This document shows positions 1-10,100 of a stretch of DNA of 47,362 nucleotides, in pieces. Every line of letters starts with the position of its first letter. Position 1 is the stretch's first letter. Both the position numbers and the translations under genes were made by a program. The DNA is from Flavobacteriales bacterium TMED84. GTDB lineage: Bacteria > Bacteroidota > Bacteroidia > Flavobacteriales > BACL11. Where the stretch lies: assembly GCA_002172655.2 (NCBI GenBank), contig NHEL02000012.1:72455-119816 (forward strand). Direction: 5' to 3'. The notes below the pieces were generated by a model. The model ran no database searches. It was not told where the DNA came from and saw only the letters and a program-made list of their open reading frames with translations.

Positions 1-189
1 GATATTGCGGGTGTAATGTGCAGTGGTGGTAGTGCTTGTTCTTCAGGAACACAAATTAAATCTCCTGTGCTATCTGAGATAAAACCTGAACTTGATGGAA
101 AGACAGTTAGATTTTCGTTTAGTAAATTGAATAACACAAAGGAAATTGATTACACAATTTCAGTTCTTAAAAAACTCATTTTGTGCTAA
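1..189 (+). CDS. iscS: Cysteine desulfurase (IscS/NifS family), C-terminal fragment, truncated by the window start
   Basis: Manual frame +1 translation DIAGVMCSGGSACSSGTQIKSPVL...VRFSFSKLNNTKEIDYTISVLKKLILC*. Contains the GSAC catalytic-Cys loop and the RFSF motif. Not in the ORF track. Confidence 0.85.
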   Translation, partial: DIAGVMCSGGSACSSGTQIKSPVLSEIKPELDGKTVRFSFSKLNNTKEIDYTISVLKKLILC

Positions 190-1606
190 TTATCTTTTTT
201 ATCCTAAAAGAAGTATAAGCAAGAATTAAAGTCATTATGGGACTTATTAGGTTAAAAAAGCAAAAAGGAAGATAAGCCATAGTATTTACACCAAGAATAG
301 CTGATTGAGTAGCTCCGCAAGTGTTCCAGGGAACAAGAACGGATGTAACTGTTCCTGAATCTTCTAAAGTTCTACTGAGATTCAAACTAGATAATTTATT
401 TTCACTATAGTTTTTCTTAAAAATTTTACCATTAACTATAATTGACAAATACTGGTCAGCTGTTGTTACATTAAAAAATATGCATGAAACTACAGTTTTT
501 AAAACAATGTTTTTTTCATTGTTATGATTTCCTTTTATAAATTCACTGATATCTTTAATTATTCCTGCACACTGCATCGATCCTCCAAATACCATGGCTG
601 AAATAACAAGCCAAATTGTATTTAACATTCCACCCATTCCAGAAGTGCTTAGTAATGAATTAAGTGAGTTGTTTTCAGTAATTATAGAGAAGTTAGTAGT
701 AATAGAAGATATTATTAAATAATATTCTGATTTATTTAAATATGAATCACTTTGTATCAAAGCTTCTAGTAGCTCTTGTTGAAAAATAAATGTGCTAAGA
801 CATCCAAGTAAAACAGCAAAAAATAGTGAAGCTACAGCTGGTATCCTCTTGACGATAAGAAAAATCACCAATAAAGGAGTTAATAAAATTAATGGATTTA
901 TGTTAAATGTTTTTACTAGTGTGTTCTGTATATTACTAAGATTCTCTGTTGAGCTATTTTCATAATTTAATCCAATAATAAAAAATATTAATAACGTAAT
1001 TACAAAAGACGGAATTGTGGTGTATGACATATATTTTATGTGTTCAAAAATATCACTCTCAGTAATCGCAGAGGCTAAGTTTGTTGTGTCAGATAGTGGA
1101 GACATTTTATCACCAAAATATGATCCTGAAATAATTGCTCCAGCTGTTACTTCAGCAGGTACTGCTAAAACTTTACCTATTGCCAATAGAGCAATTCCAA
1201 TAGTAGCTATCGTACTCCAAGAACTTCCAATTGACAATGAAACTATTGCAGTGATAAAACAAGTTGCAATTAAAAAGTAATTAACATTCAATAATTCAAG
1301 ACCATAGTAAACTAGTGTGGGGATTATTCCTCCGATTAACCATGAACCCGATAATGCACCTATTAAAAGTAAAATAATCATTGCATTAGAGGTAGATTTT
1401 ATATTATTTGAGATTGATTTGAAAATCTCTTCCCAACTTATATTTCTTTTCAATGCAATCAAGCATGCCAGTGCCGCTGAAAAAAGTAGAGCTATTTGAT
1501 TAGGCCCTGAAATGGAGTTATTTCCAAACTCTAATACGTTTACTGATAACAATAAAATCAATAAAATAATTGGTGAAAAAGACTGAAGAAAATTAATTTT
1601 ATTCAA
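176..1606 (-). CDS. nhaC: Na+/H+ antiporter, NhaC family
   Basis: 476-aa polytopic membrane protein with GSSWST, SGSYFGDKMSPLSDTTNL and SRTLEDSGT..LVPWN motifs. Confidence 0.9.
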   Translation of the reverse strand: MNKINFLQSFSPIILLILLLSVNVLEFGNNSISGPNQIALLFSAALACLIALKRNISWEEIFKSISNNIKSTSNAMIILLLIGALSGSWLIGGIIPTLVYYGLELLNVNYFLIATCFITAIVSLSIGSSWSTIATIGIALLAIGKVLAVPAEVTAGAIISGSYFGDKMSPLSDTTNLASAITESDIFEHIKYMSYTTIPSFVITLLIFFIIGLNYENSSTENLSNIQNTLVKTFNINPLILLTPLLVIFLIVKRIPAVASLFFAVLLGCLSTFIFQQELLEALIQSDSYLNKSEYYLIISSITTNFSIITENNSLNSLLSTSGMGGMLNTIWLVISAMVFGGSMQCAGIIKDISEFIKGNHNNEKNIVLKTVVSCIFFNVTTADQYLSIIVNGKIFKKNYSENKLSSLNLSRTLEDSGTVTSVLVPWNTCGATQSAILGVNTMAYLPFCFFNLISPIMTLILAYTSFRIKKIISTK

Positions 1607-4011
1607 TTAGTTTTTTCCTCTTTTTGATAGTAACCATATCCGTAGCCATATCCGTAACCATATCCATAGCCATATCCATATTTGTTTTCACTAAAGTCAT
1701 AGTCATTTACAATAAGATTTAGATTTTTAACTTCTTCGTTATTTTTTAAGTCGTTAATAATGCTAAATGATCCAAAATCAGAATACTTATGTCTTATTAC
1801 ATATAAATTAATATCAGTGTATTTCATAATAATTAGTGCATCTGTTACTAAACCAACTGGAGGTGTATCAATAATTATATAATCATATGTTTTTTCTAAT
1901 TTTTTGATAATATTTAGCATATTAGAGCTATCTAATAGTTCAGCAGGATTAGGTGGTATAGGTCCGGATAAAATTAAATCTAAATTATCAATTTCTGTTT
2001 TGTGTATAACACTCTTAAGTTCAGTTTTATTAATTAAAACGGTACTTAGACCTGATTTGTTATCAAAACTAAAGTCGTTGTGTAATTTAGGCTTTCTTAG
2101 ATCAGCACCAATTAGAATTGTTTTTTTACCGGAAATAGCTAAAACAGTAGCTAGATTCATAGAGCAAAAAGTTTTTCCTTCACCACCTTTGGTAGATGTT
2201 ACACTAATAATTTTATTCTCTTTTTCAGAACTAATGTATTGAATATTAGTTCTTAAAGATCTAAATGATTCAGATAATACAGATTTTGATTTTTTTATTA
2301 TCAGGTTTGAATCATCAGAATTATTACCAATCAATGCTAAAATTGGAACACTAGTTCTTTTTGTTATATCAGATTTAGTTTGAATGGAATTATTAAAGAA
2401 TTCCTTTAGTGATAAGTATAAAATTGGTACAAATAAAGTGCTGAAAAGAGCTAGAAAATATATTAATGATTTGTTTGGAAAGACAGGAATATCACTATCA
2501 AGTCTAGCCGTATCAATTATTTTGTGATCAGAATTTGTTCCAGCTTTTGCTAGAGATGCTTCATATCTTTTCGTTTGTAGGTATTTTGCTGTCTCCTCAT
2601 TTAATTGTTGTTTTCTTTGTAAGATTAAAAATGTCTTCTCTGCTTGAGGAAGGTTTTCAATGTTTTTGTTGAAGCTATTTAACTGAGATTTAAGCTCCTT
2701 CTCATACATTTTGGCATTCGCAATTAAATTATTTACATTCTCAATTAATATTTCTTTTGTATTTTTTATTTGTTCATTTACTGAAATGTATGTTTGGTTT
2801 TTTGAAGTTGTAACAAATGAAAGTTCCTTCTTTTTATTAAGTAGTTCAATTAATTGGTTTATCAATAAATTAATTTCTTGATTTTCAATGCCAACGGATG
2901 TTGGAGATATTAAGCCATTATCACTATTTTCTTTACTTAGGTAGCTAAGAAGGGACTCATAATATTTAATATGAATAATATGTTCATTAAGTGTATTGTC
3001 AATTTTTTGTTTTTGAAAGAATGTCCCATAATCTTTTTCAGCAATTTTTAGTTCAGGGTTTTTTGAAATAAAACTTTCAATTGATAATTCAATTTGGTTA
3101 AGTGAATCTTTAATAAATACTAACTGTTTGTCAATAAAGGATATTGTGTTTGTAGCCATTAGGTTTTTTTCATCTAATCCCATTTTGATATACAATTCAG
3201 TTAACTTGTTTATAAAATCAATATGTTTTTTTGGATTAGATGCTTTAACATTTAATTTCAAAACAGATGCTTCTTTATTTACAGGATTAATATTGATTTT
3301 GTTGATATACTTCTGAGTTAGCTTATTGATATTGTGTATTCGAAAAGAGTATGTTTTATCGTCACTAAACTTTTTTTGAAAGTTTTTTGATTTTTTTAAC
3401 CTGAATGAAAAACAGTTTCCTTTAATTAACTGATTATACTTGAATTCTTGATTAATATCAATATCAAATGTTCTTTCTTTTATTATTTTTTCTTTTAGTA
3501 TGTTGTATGCAAAAATTGATTTTTCTCTAGCTTCTAGCTTAAATTTATTTCCATCTATAATTTTTACTTTAAAATCTATTCCAGCTAATTGCAATGAACT
3601 TGAATCTACTGCTACTTCAAACGGCGAATTTGTATACAATTCATTTGTTACAATTGAACTATGTTGCTTGTAGCTAATCCCAAGCTTTAACTCATCTATA
3701 ACTTTTCTTGTAATGGAAAATGAGTTTAATATTACAATTTCGTTTTTTAAATTTTTCTTACCACTAAAAAGCTCAAGTCCTTCAATTAGATTTTCAGCTC
3801 CAAGCTGAGTGTTGTTATCATCTCTAATTAAAAGAGTGGAAGAAACACTGTAAGAGGGAACTATGTATCTGTTATACAGATAAGCTGATGTAAAAAACAC
3901 AATAAATGAGAGTAGAAAAAAGAGCCAATTGTTCAGATATTTGTAAAAGAGTAACTTGATATCTATCTTTTCTTCATTTTGGTTCTGATTATTTAAATTT
4001 TTTAAATCCAT
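1603..4011 (-). CDS. wzc: Polysaccharide co-polymerase / BY-kinase (Wzc family)
   Basis: Two TM segments flanking a coiled-coil periplasmic region, Walker A GEGKT, DLRKP, Walker B IIIDTPP, C-terminal Tyr cluster. ATG at 4011 (1 nt after the wza stop) preferred over TTG at 4023. Confidence 0.92.
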   Translation of the reverse strand: MDLKNLNNQNQNEEKIDIKLLFYKYLNNWLFFLLSFIVFFTSAYLYNRYIVPSYSVSSTLLIRDDNNTQLGAENLIEGLELFSGKKNLKNEIVILNSFSITRKVIDELKLGISYKQHSSIVTNELYTNSPFEVAVDSSSLQLAGIDFKVKIIDGNKFKLEAREKSIFAYNILKEKIIKERTFDIDINQEFKYNQLIKGNCFSFRLKKSKNFQKKFSDDKTYSFRIHNINKLTQKYINKININPVNKEASVLKLNVKASNPKKHIDFINKLTELYIKMGLDEKNLMATNTISFIDKQLVFIKDSLNQIELSIESFISKNPELKIAEKDYGTFFQKQKIDNTLNEHIIHIKYYESLLSYLSKENSDNGLISPTSVGIENQEINLLINQLIELLNKKKELSFVTTSKNQTYISVNEQIKNTKEILIENVNNLIANAKMYEKELKSQLNSFNKNIENLPQAEKTFLILQRKQQLNEETAKYLQTKRYEASLAKAGTNSDHKIIDTARLDSDIPVFPNKSLIYFLALFSTLFVPILYLSLKEFFNNSIQTKSDITKRTSVPILALIGNNSDDSNLIIKKSKSVLSESFRSLRTNIQYISSEKENKIISVTSTKGGEGKTFCSMNLATVLAISGKKTILIGADLRKPKLHNDFSFDNKSGLSTVLINKTELKSVIHKTEIDNLDLILSGPIPPNPAELLDSSNMLNIIKKLEKTYDYIIIDTPPVGLVTDALIIMKYTDINLYVIRHKYSDFGSFSIINDLKNNEEVKNLNLIVNDYDFSENKYGYGYGYGYGYGYGYGYYQKEEKTN
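1627..1680 (-). repeat. (Tyr-Gly)x8-Tyr-Tyr coding repeat, the Wzc autophosphorylation cluster
   Basis: Minus strand reads TAT GGA TAT GGC TAT GGA TAT GGT TAC GGA TAT GGC TAC GGA TAT GGT TAC TAT. Confidence 0.9.
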
Positions 4012-4012
4012 T

Positions 4013-4789
4013 CTATTCTTCAAATCTTAAATAAACATTAAATAAAACAGCTACAGTTGTTAATGTAGATAGAATTACTTGGGACTGGGTTTTTCTAAAA
4101 CTTTTAAATCTTAAGGGCTTAATGTAAATAAGGTCTTTATTCCTTAGGTAGTAAAAATTAGAATTAAGTATTTCCTCGCTAGTGAGGTCTAAATCGTATG
4201 TTACTTTAGTATCTTTATTTGATCTTATTAATTTGACTCTTTTGAGGTTCCCATAATCAGTAATATCACCTGCACTAGCAATTGCTTCAAAAATTGTTAG
4301 ATTTTCTTTATAGATAGGGTATCTGCCAGGATTTTCTACTTCACCTAGTATTGTAAATTCAATGTTTGAAAGTTTGACAATTACAACTGGATTAATTAAC
4401 TGTTCAGAAACTTTTCTTTCAATTTTCTTCTTAGCTTCCTCCATAGTAAGATTGATAACATTTACCTTTCCAATATATGGGAGTTCAATATCTCCTTCAT
4501 TTGATACAGTATATCCATTTAAATATAGATTGGCAGCAGTGGTATTTGGATTATTGCTATTAGTGTTATTCTCAAGATTAAAGCTTTTGTTTATTTCTTC
4601 ATTATTTACAAAAATTTTGACTACCAAATTATCTCCTTCCTCAATATAGTGCATTGGTGGCTTGGGATTAAGTTTCCAATCAGATTCTTGAGACGAACTA
4701 TTCATATAAGTAATTTTGTTCATGGAAGTACATGAGCAAAGTAAAAGGATGAATAAAATGTATTTTGAGTATGAGTTACTCATATTCAT
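4013..4789 (-). CDS. wza: Polysaccharide export outer-membrane lipoprotein (Wza/OPX family)
   Basis: Lipobox LLLCSC, Poly_export motif GDIELPYIGKV, SLBB motif GEVENPG. The TTG at 4810 lies inside a -7 promoter box, so ATG 4789 (or 4783) is more likely. Confidence 0.9.
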   Translation of the reverse strand: MNMSNSYSKYILFILLLCSCTSMNKITYMNSSSQESDWKLNPKPPMHYIEEGDNLVVKIFVNNEEINKSFNLENNTNSNNPNTTAANLYLNGYTVSNEGDIELPYIGKVNVINLTMEEAKKKIERKVSEQLINPVVIVKLSNIEFTILGEVENPGRYPIYKENLTIFEAIASAGDITDYGNLKRVKLIRSNKDTKVTYDLDLTSEEILNSNFYYLRNKDLIYIKPLRFKSFRKTQSQVILSTLTTVAVLFNVYLRFEE

Positions 4790-4807
4790 AATATCTTGTT
4801 TGGATAG

Positions 4808-4815
4808 CAAAGATA
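4808..4815 (-). promoter_or_regulatory. Bacteroidota -7 promoter element for wza-wzc-nhaC
   Basis: Minus strand TATCTTTG matches TAnnTTTG. Confidence 0.6.
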
Positions 4816-4826
4816 AAAAAAGAAAG

Positions 4827-5417
4827 CTATAAGAATAAGTTTAGTTTGTTACATAATTTTGATGCAGGCATGCCAACTACATTAAAAAAACAACCTTCAA
4901 TTTTTCTTACTTTAAAAATTCCAAGCCACTCCTGTATAGCATAAGAGCCTGCTTTGTCTTTAAAAGTAAAATTATTTAGGTAATAGTCAATTTCTGAACT
5001 GTTAATTTCAAAAAAATCAACTTTGGTAGTGGATGAGAAACATATTTTTTTTTTAGAGCTTCTTATACAAACTCCAGTTAACACTTTATGTGTATTATTT
5101 GAAAGTTCATATATCATTTCTTTTGCTTCTTTTTTATTTTGAGGTTTGTTTAGAATTTTATCATTAACTAACACAGTTGTATCTGCAGTAATGATTAAAT
5201 CATTACTTGAGATTTTTTGTTCTATATCAAAGGATTTTTTCTCAGCAATAATTTTTACAGCTTGTGCTGCCGAATATTTTTTGAAATTAATATTTTCATC
5301 ATAATTAGATACTCTGACATTAAAATTAAAACCTAATTTTTTTAGAATTTCCCTTCTCCTTGGTGAATTTGATGCTAGTATAATACTATATTTTGAATTT
5401 ATCTTTTTAATTAGCAT
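4827..5417 (-). CDS. maf: Maf-family nucleoside triphosphate pyrophosphatase
   Basis: ILASNSPRR, TADT, KP, KAGSY and NVVGMP motifs. Confidence 0.93.
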   Translation of the reverse strand: MLIKKINSKYSIILASNSPRRREILKKLGFNFNVRVSNYDENINFKKYSAAQAVKIIAEKKSFDIEQKISSNDLIITADTTVLVNDKILNKPQNKKEAKEMIYELSNNTHKVLTGVCIRSSKKKICFSSTTKVDFFEINSSEIDYYLNNFTFKDKAGSYAIQEWLGIFKVRKIEGCFFNVVGMPASKLCNKLNLFL

Positions 5418-5421
5418 TGTA

Positions 5422-6405
5422 CTAAAAGTAAAAATGTGTTAAGGAGAAAATTGGTATACTTAGTAAAGATAAAAACATAATGACTTTTAATAGTTTGGAT
5501 ACTTTAGTGAAGTTAGTCTTTGATTCAGCATTTAAAATTAATAATTCTGCATAAAAAAACATTATCAAAATTATCACCATGTAAAATGTAGAAATATAAT
5601 TAGCTCCCCAAATTTGAGGGTCTGAAAATTGATTTCCTCCAATGTCCAAAAATAAATCACTTTTTAGAATTAAGATTTGAAATGTTATTATGCAAGAAAT
5701 AGCAAACATTAGTATTATTCCAATAATTATAGTCACCAGTCTTGATTTTTTTATTCCAAAAATTATAGGCAAACTTTTTACTTTATGCATTCTATCTCCT
5801 TCAATATCTTCAATATCTTTGATAATCTCTCTTTTTACATTAATCAAAAAGGCTAATACAGAGAAAATTGATATGATTAAAAAGACAAAAAATATATCAT
5901 CACTTAAAATATTTTTGTAACTGAATAATGGAACATTCAGTAAAGACAAGGATATGAAAAAGGCTATCAAAATATTTCCTATAATCTTATATTTTTTTAA
6001 TTTTTTTGAATAAAGCCAAAGACAGTAAATGATTAATAAAAAAAACAAAATGTAAATCTCTTGGTTAATTTTTATACATAAAAAAATAGATAATGCTATA
6101 GCAAGAGAATTAAAAAGCATGTAAATTAAAATTGCATCCCTTGATTTTAAAAATTTTCCAAGGACAACCTTTTCAGGCTTATTTATTTGATCAAGATTAT
6201 AATCATAAATGTCATTAACTATGTATCCGGATGCTGCAATTAATATTGTTACTATAAGTAAAATGACAAAGTTTTCATTTAAGAGTTGATCTTTTTGAAT
6301 AAAAAAGTCAATTAAAAAAAACTTAATAAATATTTGAGATAATGAAATTATAACTAGGTTTTTCCATCTAATTATTTTAAAAATATTATTCAGGTAACTA
6401 ATCAT
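5422..6405 (-). CDS. UbiA-family prenyltransferase, geranylgeranylglycerol-phosphate geranylgeranyltransferase (DGGGPS)-like
   Basis: Multi-TM protein with NDIYDYNLDQINKP and REIIKDIEDIEGD aspartate-rich motifs. Confidence 0.82.
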   Translation of the reverse strand: MISYLNNIFKIIRWKNLVIISLSQIFIKFFLIDFFIQKDQLLNENFVILLIVTILIAASGYIVNDIYDYNLDQINKPEKVVLGKFLKSRDAILIYMLFNSLAIALSIFLCIKINQEIYILFFLLIIYCLWLYSKKLKKYKIIGNILIAFFISLSLLNVPLFSYKNILSDDIFFVFLIISIFSVLAFLINVKREIIKDIEDIEGDRMHKVKSLPIIFGIKKSRLVTIIIGIILMFAISCIITFQILILKSDLFLDIGGNQFSDPQIWGANYISTFYMVIILIMFFYAELLILNAESKTNFTKVSKLLKVIMFLSLLSIPIFSLTHFYF

Positions 6406-7150
6406 TTTGAGTTATGTAATCAGAAATAGCTTGATAGATTTTTTTTAATCTAGGGTCTCTTATAGTTTCAAGATGTTCATTAATAATAGTAAAATCTTTT
6501 CTTTTTGCGGGGCCAGTTCTTAAAGTTTTAATTTTATCATTTTCAATTTTTTTAAAATTTTGATATATAAGTGGCTTTAAATTTTCAAAATCAGAATTTT
6601 CAGCCCTAAGTATTTCTTGAGCTATGGAATACATTTCTGTGCTGAAGTTACAGGCAAAAACAGCTGCAAGATGAATTTTTTTAAGTCTATTTTCTGATAT
6701 AATTTCTGTTTTGCCAGAGATTCTTAAAAAAATATTTTTTAATTCTTTCTTAAAAACTATGTCATTAGATACAATAAAAAAAGGAACCTCATTAATATTG
6801 ATTTCTGTGTTCTTATTAAAAGTTTGAAGTGGATAAACAATTCCAGTTAGATTTTTTTGATTTTTAAAAACAGAAAGTCCAGATGTGCCAGAAGTATGTA
6901 CAATAGGTCTTTTATGAAATTGATTTACGACATTTTGTATTTCATCGTCCTTTACACACAATATAGCTAAATCATAGTCTTGAACTTTTTCAATTTCATT
7001 AGTGAAATCACATCCAATTTTTGATGCTAGCTTTTCTGATGTGATCAAATTCCTACTAAAAATTTGACTGATTTCAAATCCAGAATTTTTTAAAGCAATT
7101 GACAAATGATGAGCTACATTACCCGAACCAATAATTAAAATCTTTTTCAT
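6398..7150 (-). CDS. Rossmann-fold / DUF2520 oxidoreductase-like protein
   Basis: GSGNVA dinucleotide-binding motif, HTSG, YPLQTF, HLAAVFACNF, TGPAKR. Start re-set to ATG 7150 (MKKILIIG). Confidence 0.85.
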   Translation of the reverse strand: MKKILIIGSGNVAHHLSIALKNSGFEISQIFSRNLITSEKLASKIGCDFTNEIEKVQDYDLAILCVKDDEIQNVVNQFHKRPIVHTSGTSGLSVFKNQKNLTGIVYPLQTFNKNTEININEVPFFIVSNDIVFKKELKNIFLRISGKTEIISENRLKKIHLAAVFACNFSTEMYSIAQEILRAENSDFENLKPLIYQNFKKIENDKIKTLRTGPAKRKDFTIINEHLETIRDPRLKKIYQAISDYITQND

Positions 7151-7165
7151 TAGATTATAAAAAAA

Positions 7166-7181
7166 CAAAGTTATAATTTTG
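7166..7181. promoter_or_regulatory. Back-to-back -7 elements (bidirectional promoter) for the DUF2520 operon and ccsA
   Basis: CAAAGTTA|TAATTTTG gives TAACTTTG on the minus strand and TAATTTTG on the plus strand. Confidence 0.65.
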
Positions 7182-7196
7182 TAATAATTATTCATT

Positions 7197-10100
7197 ATGT
7201 TGGGTAGAATCATACAATATTTAATATCGGTGAAATTTGCAGCGTTTCTTTTAATTCTATTCGCTGCAGTAATAGGCTATGCTACTTTTATTGAAAATGA
7301 TTTTGGTAGAGATACTGCCAAAGCACTAGTATATAATAAGTTTTGGTTTGAGTTTATAATGATAATGCTATGCATTAACCTTGTGTATAATTTAAAAAGA
7401 TATAAACTATTTAGAAAAGAGAAACTTTCAATTTTGTTATTTCATTTATCATTCATAGTAATATTATTAGGTGCTGGTGTTACTAGGTATTTTGGATATG
7501 AAGGAATTATGCACATAAGAGAAGGGGAATCATCTAATATTATTATTTCAGATCAAACTTATTTACAAATAAATGTGAATGATAAAAAAATGCAATATAC
7601 CTACGATATGCCTCTTAGCCTTTCTGCAATTACTAATAATACCTTTACTAAATCAGTAAAGTTTTTGGAAAATAAAATTGAGGTTAAATATGAAGATTTC
7701 TTGGTTAATGTCAGAGATACATTTATTGAGGATCTCAATTCTATTTCAAAAACAAAGGCCTTGCATATAATTGTCCCAGGTGAAAATGGAATGAAGTCTG
7801 AGTTTTTAAAAGATAAAGAACAGAGAAAGATTAAAGATGTTATATATACATACAACAATAAACTTGGTGATGCTATAAACTTTTTTGATGAGGAGAACAA
7901 AATAAAATGTATTGCACCATTTGATATTAGTTCAATGAAGATGCTTGATCAATCAAAAGATATGCACAACAGGAACGAAAAATTCACAATTAATCAAAGG
8001 ACTCTATACTCAAATGATAATTTGAACTTTGTGTTAAAAGAAATTATTGATAGTGGCATAAATAAGTACTATAGTAATTCTACTTACATGAAAGATGGTA
8101 AATCAAATCTATTGAGATTAAAAGTTAAATCAAATGGTCAAGAGAAAGATATTGAGTTAATAGGAGGAAAAGGAAGAATTAGTGAGCCAACAAGATTTAC
8201 GCTCGGCAACTTAAATTTTTCGCTTTCATACGGTTCCAAACAAATTCTTACTCCATTTAATATTTTTTTGAGAGATTTTCAGCTGGATAGATATCCTGGC
8301 TCATCAAGTCCATCTTCATTTGCTGCAGAAGTGACTGTAGTTGACAAAGACGTAGATAAAGATTACAGAATTTACATGAACAATGTACTTGACTACAGAG
8401 GATATAGGTTCTTTCAATCCTCATATGATAAAGATGAGATGGGAACGGTTCTCTCAGTCAATTATGATTTAGCTGGAACAATCATCACATATTTAGGATA
8501 CCTTTTGCTAGCACTCGGCATGGTCAGCGTATTTTTTACCAGACAAAGTAGATTTAAATTTTTAACAAAAAAACTTTCAAAAGCTAATTTGTTTTTACTT
8601 CCTTTTCTAATACCACTGTTATCTTTTTCATCTGAAAAAGAAATTTCTTATATAAACAAAGAGCATTCCAAAAAATTTGATAGACTCTTGGTTCAGGATC
8701 AGGGCGGAAGGATTAAACCTATGAACACTTTATGTTCTGAATATTTGAGAAAAATATCTAAGAAAAATAGTTTAGAAAATTTAAATTCAACTCAGGTGAT
8801 TTTATCAATGATGGTTAATCCACATGAGTGGGCGAGTAAAGATATAATTAAGGTCAAACATGAACAAATTAAACAAGTGGTTGGAGCCAGTAGTTCAAGA
8901 ACTTCATTTAAAAGTTTTTTTGAGAAAGATGGTTCCTATAAATTAAAGACACTCGTTGAACAAGCTTATAAAAAAGAACCCATTAATAGAGGGAAGCTTG
9001 AAAAAGATATAATATCTGTTGATGAAAGAGTTAATATCTGTTTCATATTATTTAATGGCGATTTAATGAGAATATTCCCCCTCAGAGGAGATCCCAATAA
9101 TACTTGGTATAATCCAAAACAACATCAGTTATTTTCTGGAAAAGACTCTTTATTTGTGTCAAATATTTTGAAACTATACTTCTCAAGTATCAACTCAAGC
9201 TATGAATCGAAAAATTGGAATGAGCCTGATAGTTTATTAAACTACATGATAAAGTTTCAAAATATGTATGCTAGCTCTGATATTATGCCTTCCAATCTCA
9301 AAATCAATACTGAGATTTGGTACAATAACTTAGATATTTTTGGTAAGCTATACAAGTTTTATATTGTTATTGGACTTCTAATGCTGATCTCATTATTTTA
9401 CGAGATCTTTAATAATAGCAAATCACTAAAAAAATTAATTAAATTATTTAAATATTTAATTTTTAGTGGATTTGTTTTTCACACAATCGGTTTAGCTTTT
9501 AGATGGATTGCGTCAGGTCATGCACCTTGGAGCAATGGTTATGAGTCAATGATTTACACAGCTTGGGCAACACTTCTTTCTGGGATAATTTTTAGTAAGA
9601 AATCTAATTTTACATTAAGTGCAACCGCAATAGTAGGTTCATTGATATTAATGTTTGCTAGCATGAACTGGATGGATCCAACTTTAACTAATTTAGTACC
9701 AGTCTTAAATTCATATTGGCTAATGATTCATGTAGCCATAATTGTTGCAAGCTATGGTTTTTTGTTTTTAGGAGCAATACTAGGCTTAATGTGTCTATGG
9801 ATTATTGTATTTACTAACAATGAGAACAAGAAAAAACTAAAATTAATAATCAATAGTTTGACTAATATTAATGAGAGAGGAATTACAGTTGGAGTATTTA
9901 TGTTAACTATTGGTACTTTTCTTGGAGGAGTTTGGGCAAATGAATCATGGGGAAGATATTGGGGATGGGATCCGAAAGAAACGTGGGCACTTGTAAGTAT
10001 TTTAGTATACGCATTTGTTTTGCATATGAGATTGATTCCTGCGATTTCAAGTAAATATTCATTCAATTTAGCATCACTAGTAGCAATTTGGTCAATTTTA

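Noticed and set aside
1627-1680. YG repeat as a slippage-type contingency locus
   Set aside because: Synonymous codons are mixed; it is the expected BY-kinase tyrosine cluster
7151-7213. Long N-terminal extensions in the ORF track (DUF2520 to 7213; also 4023, 4810, 34606, 37647, 39667) implying head-to-head overlaps
   Set aside because: Downstream ATGs fit the family N-termini and the -7 promoter positions better
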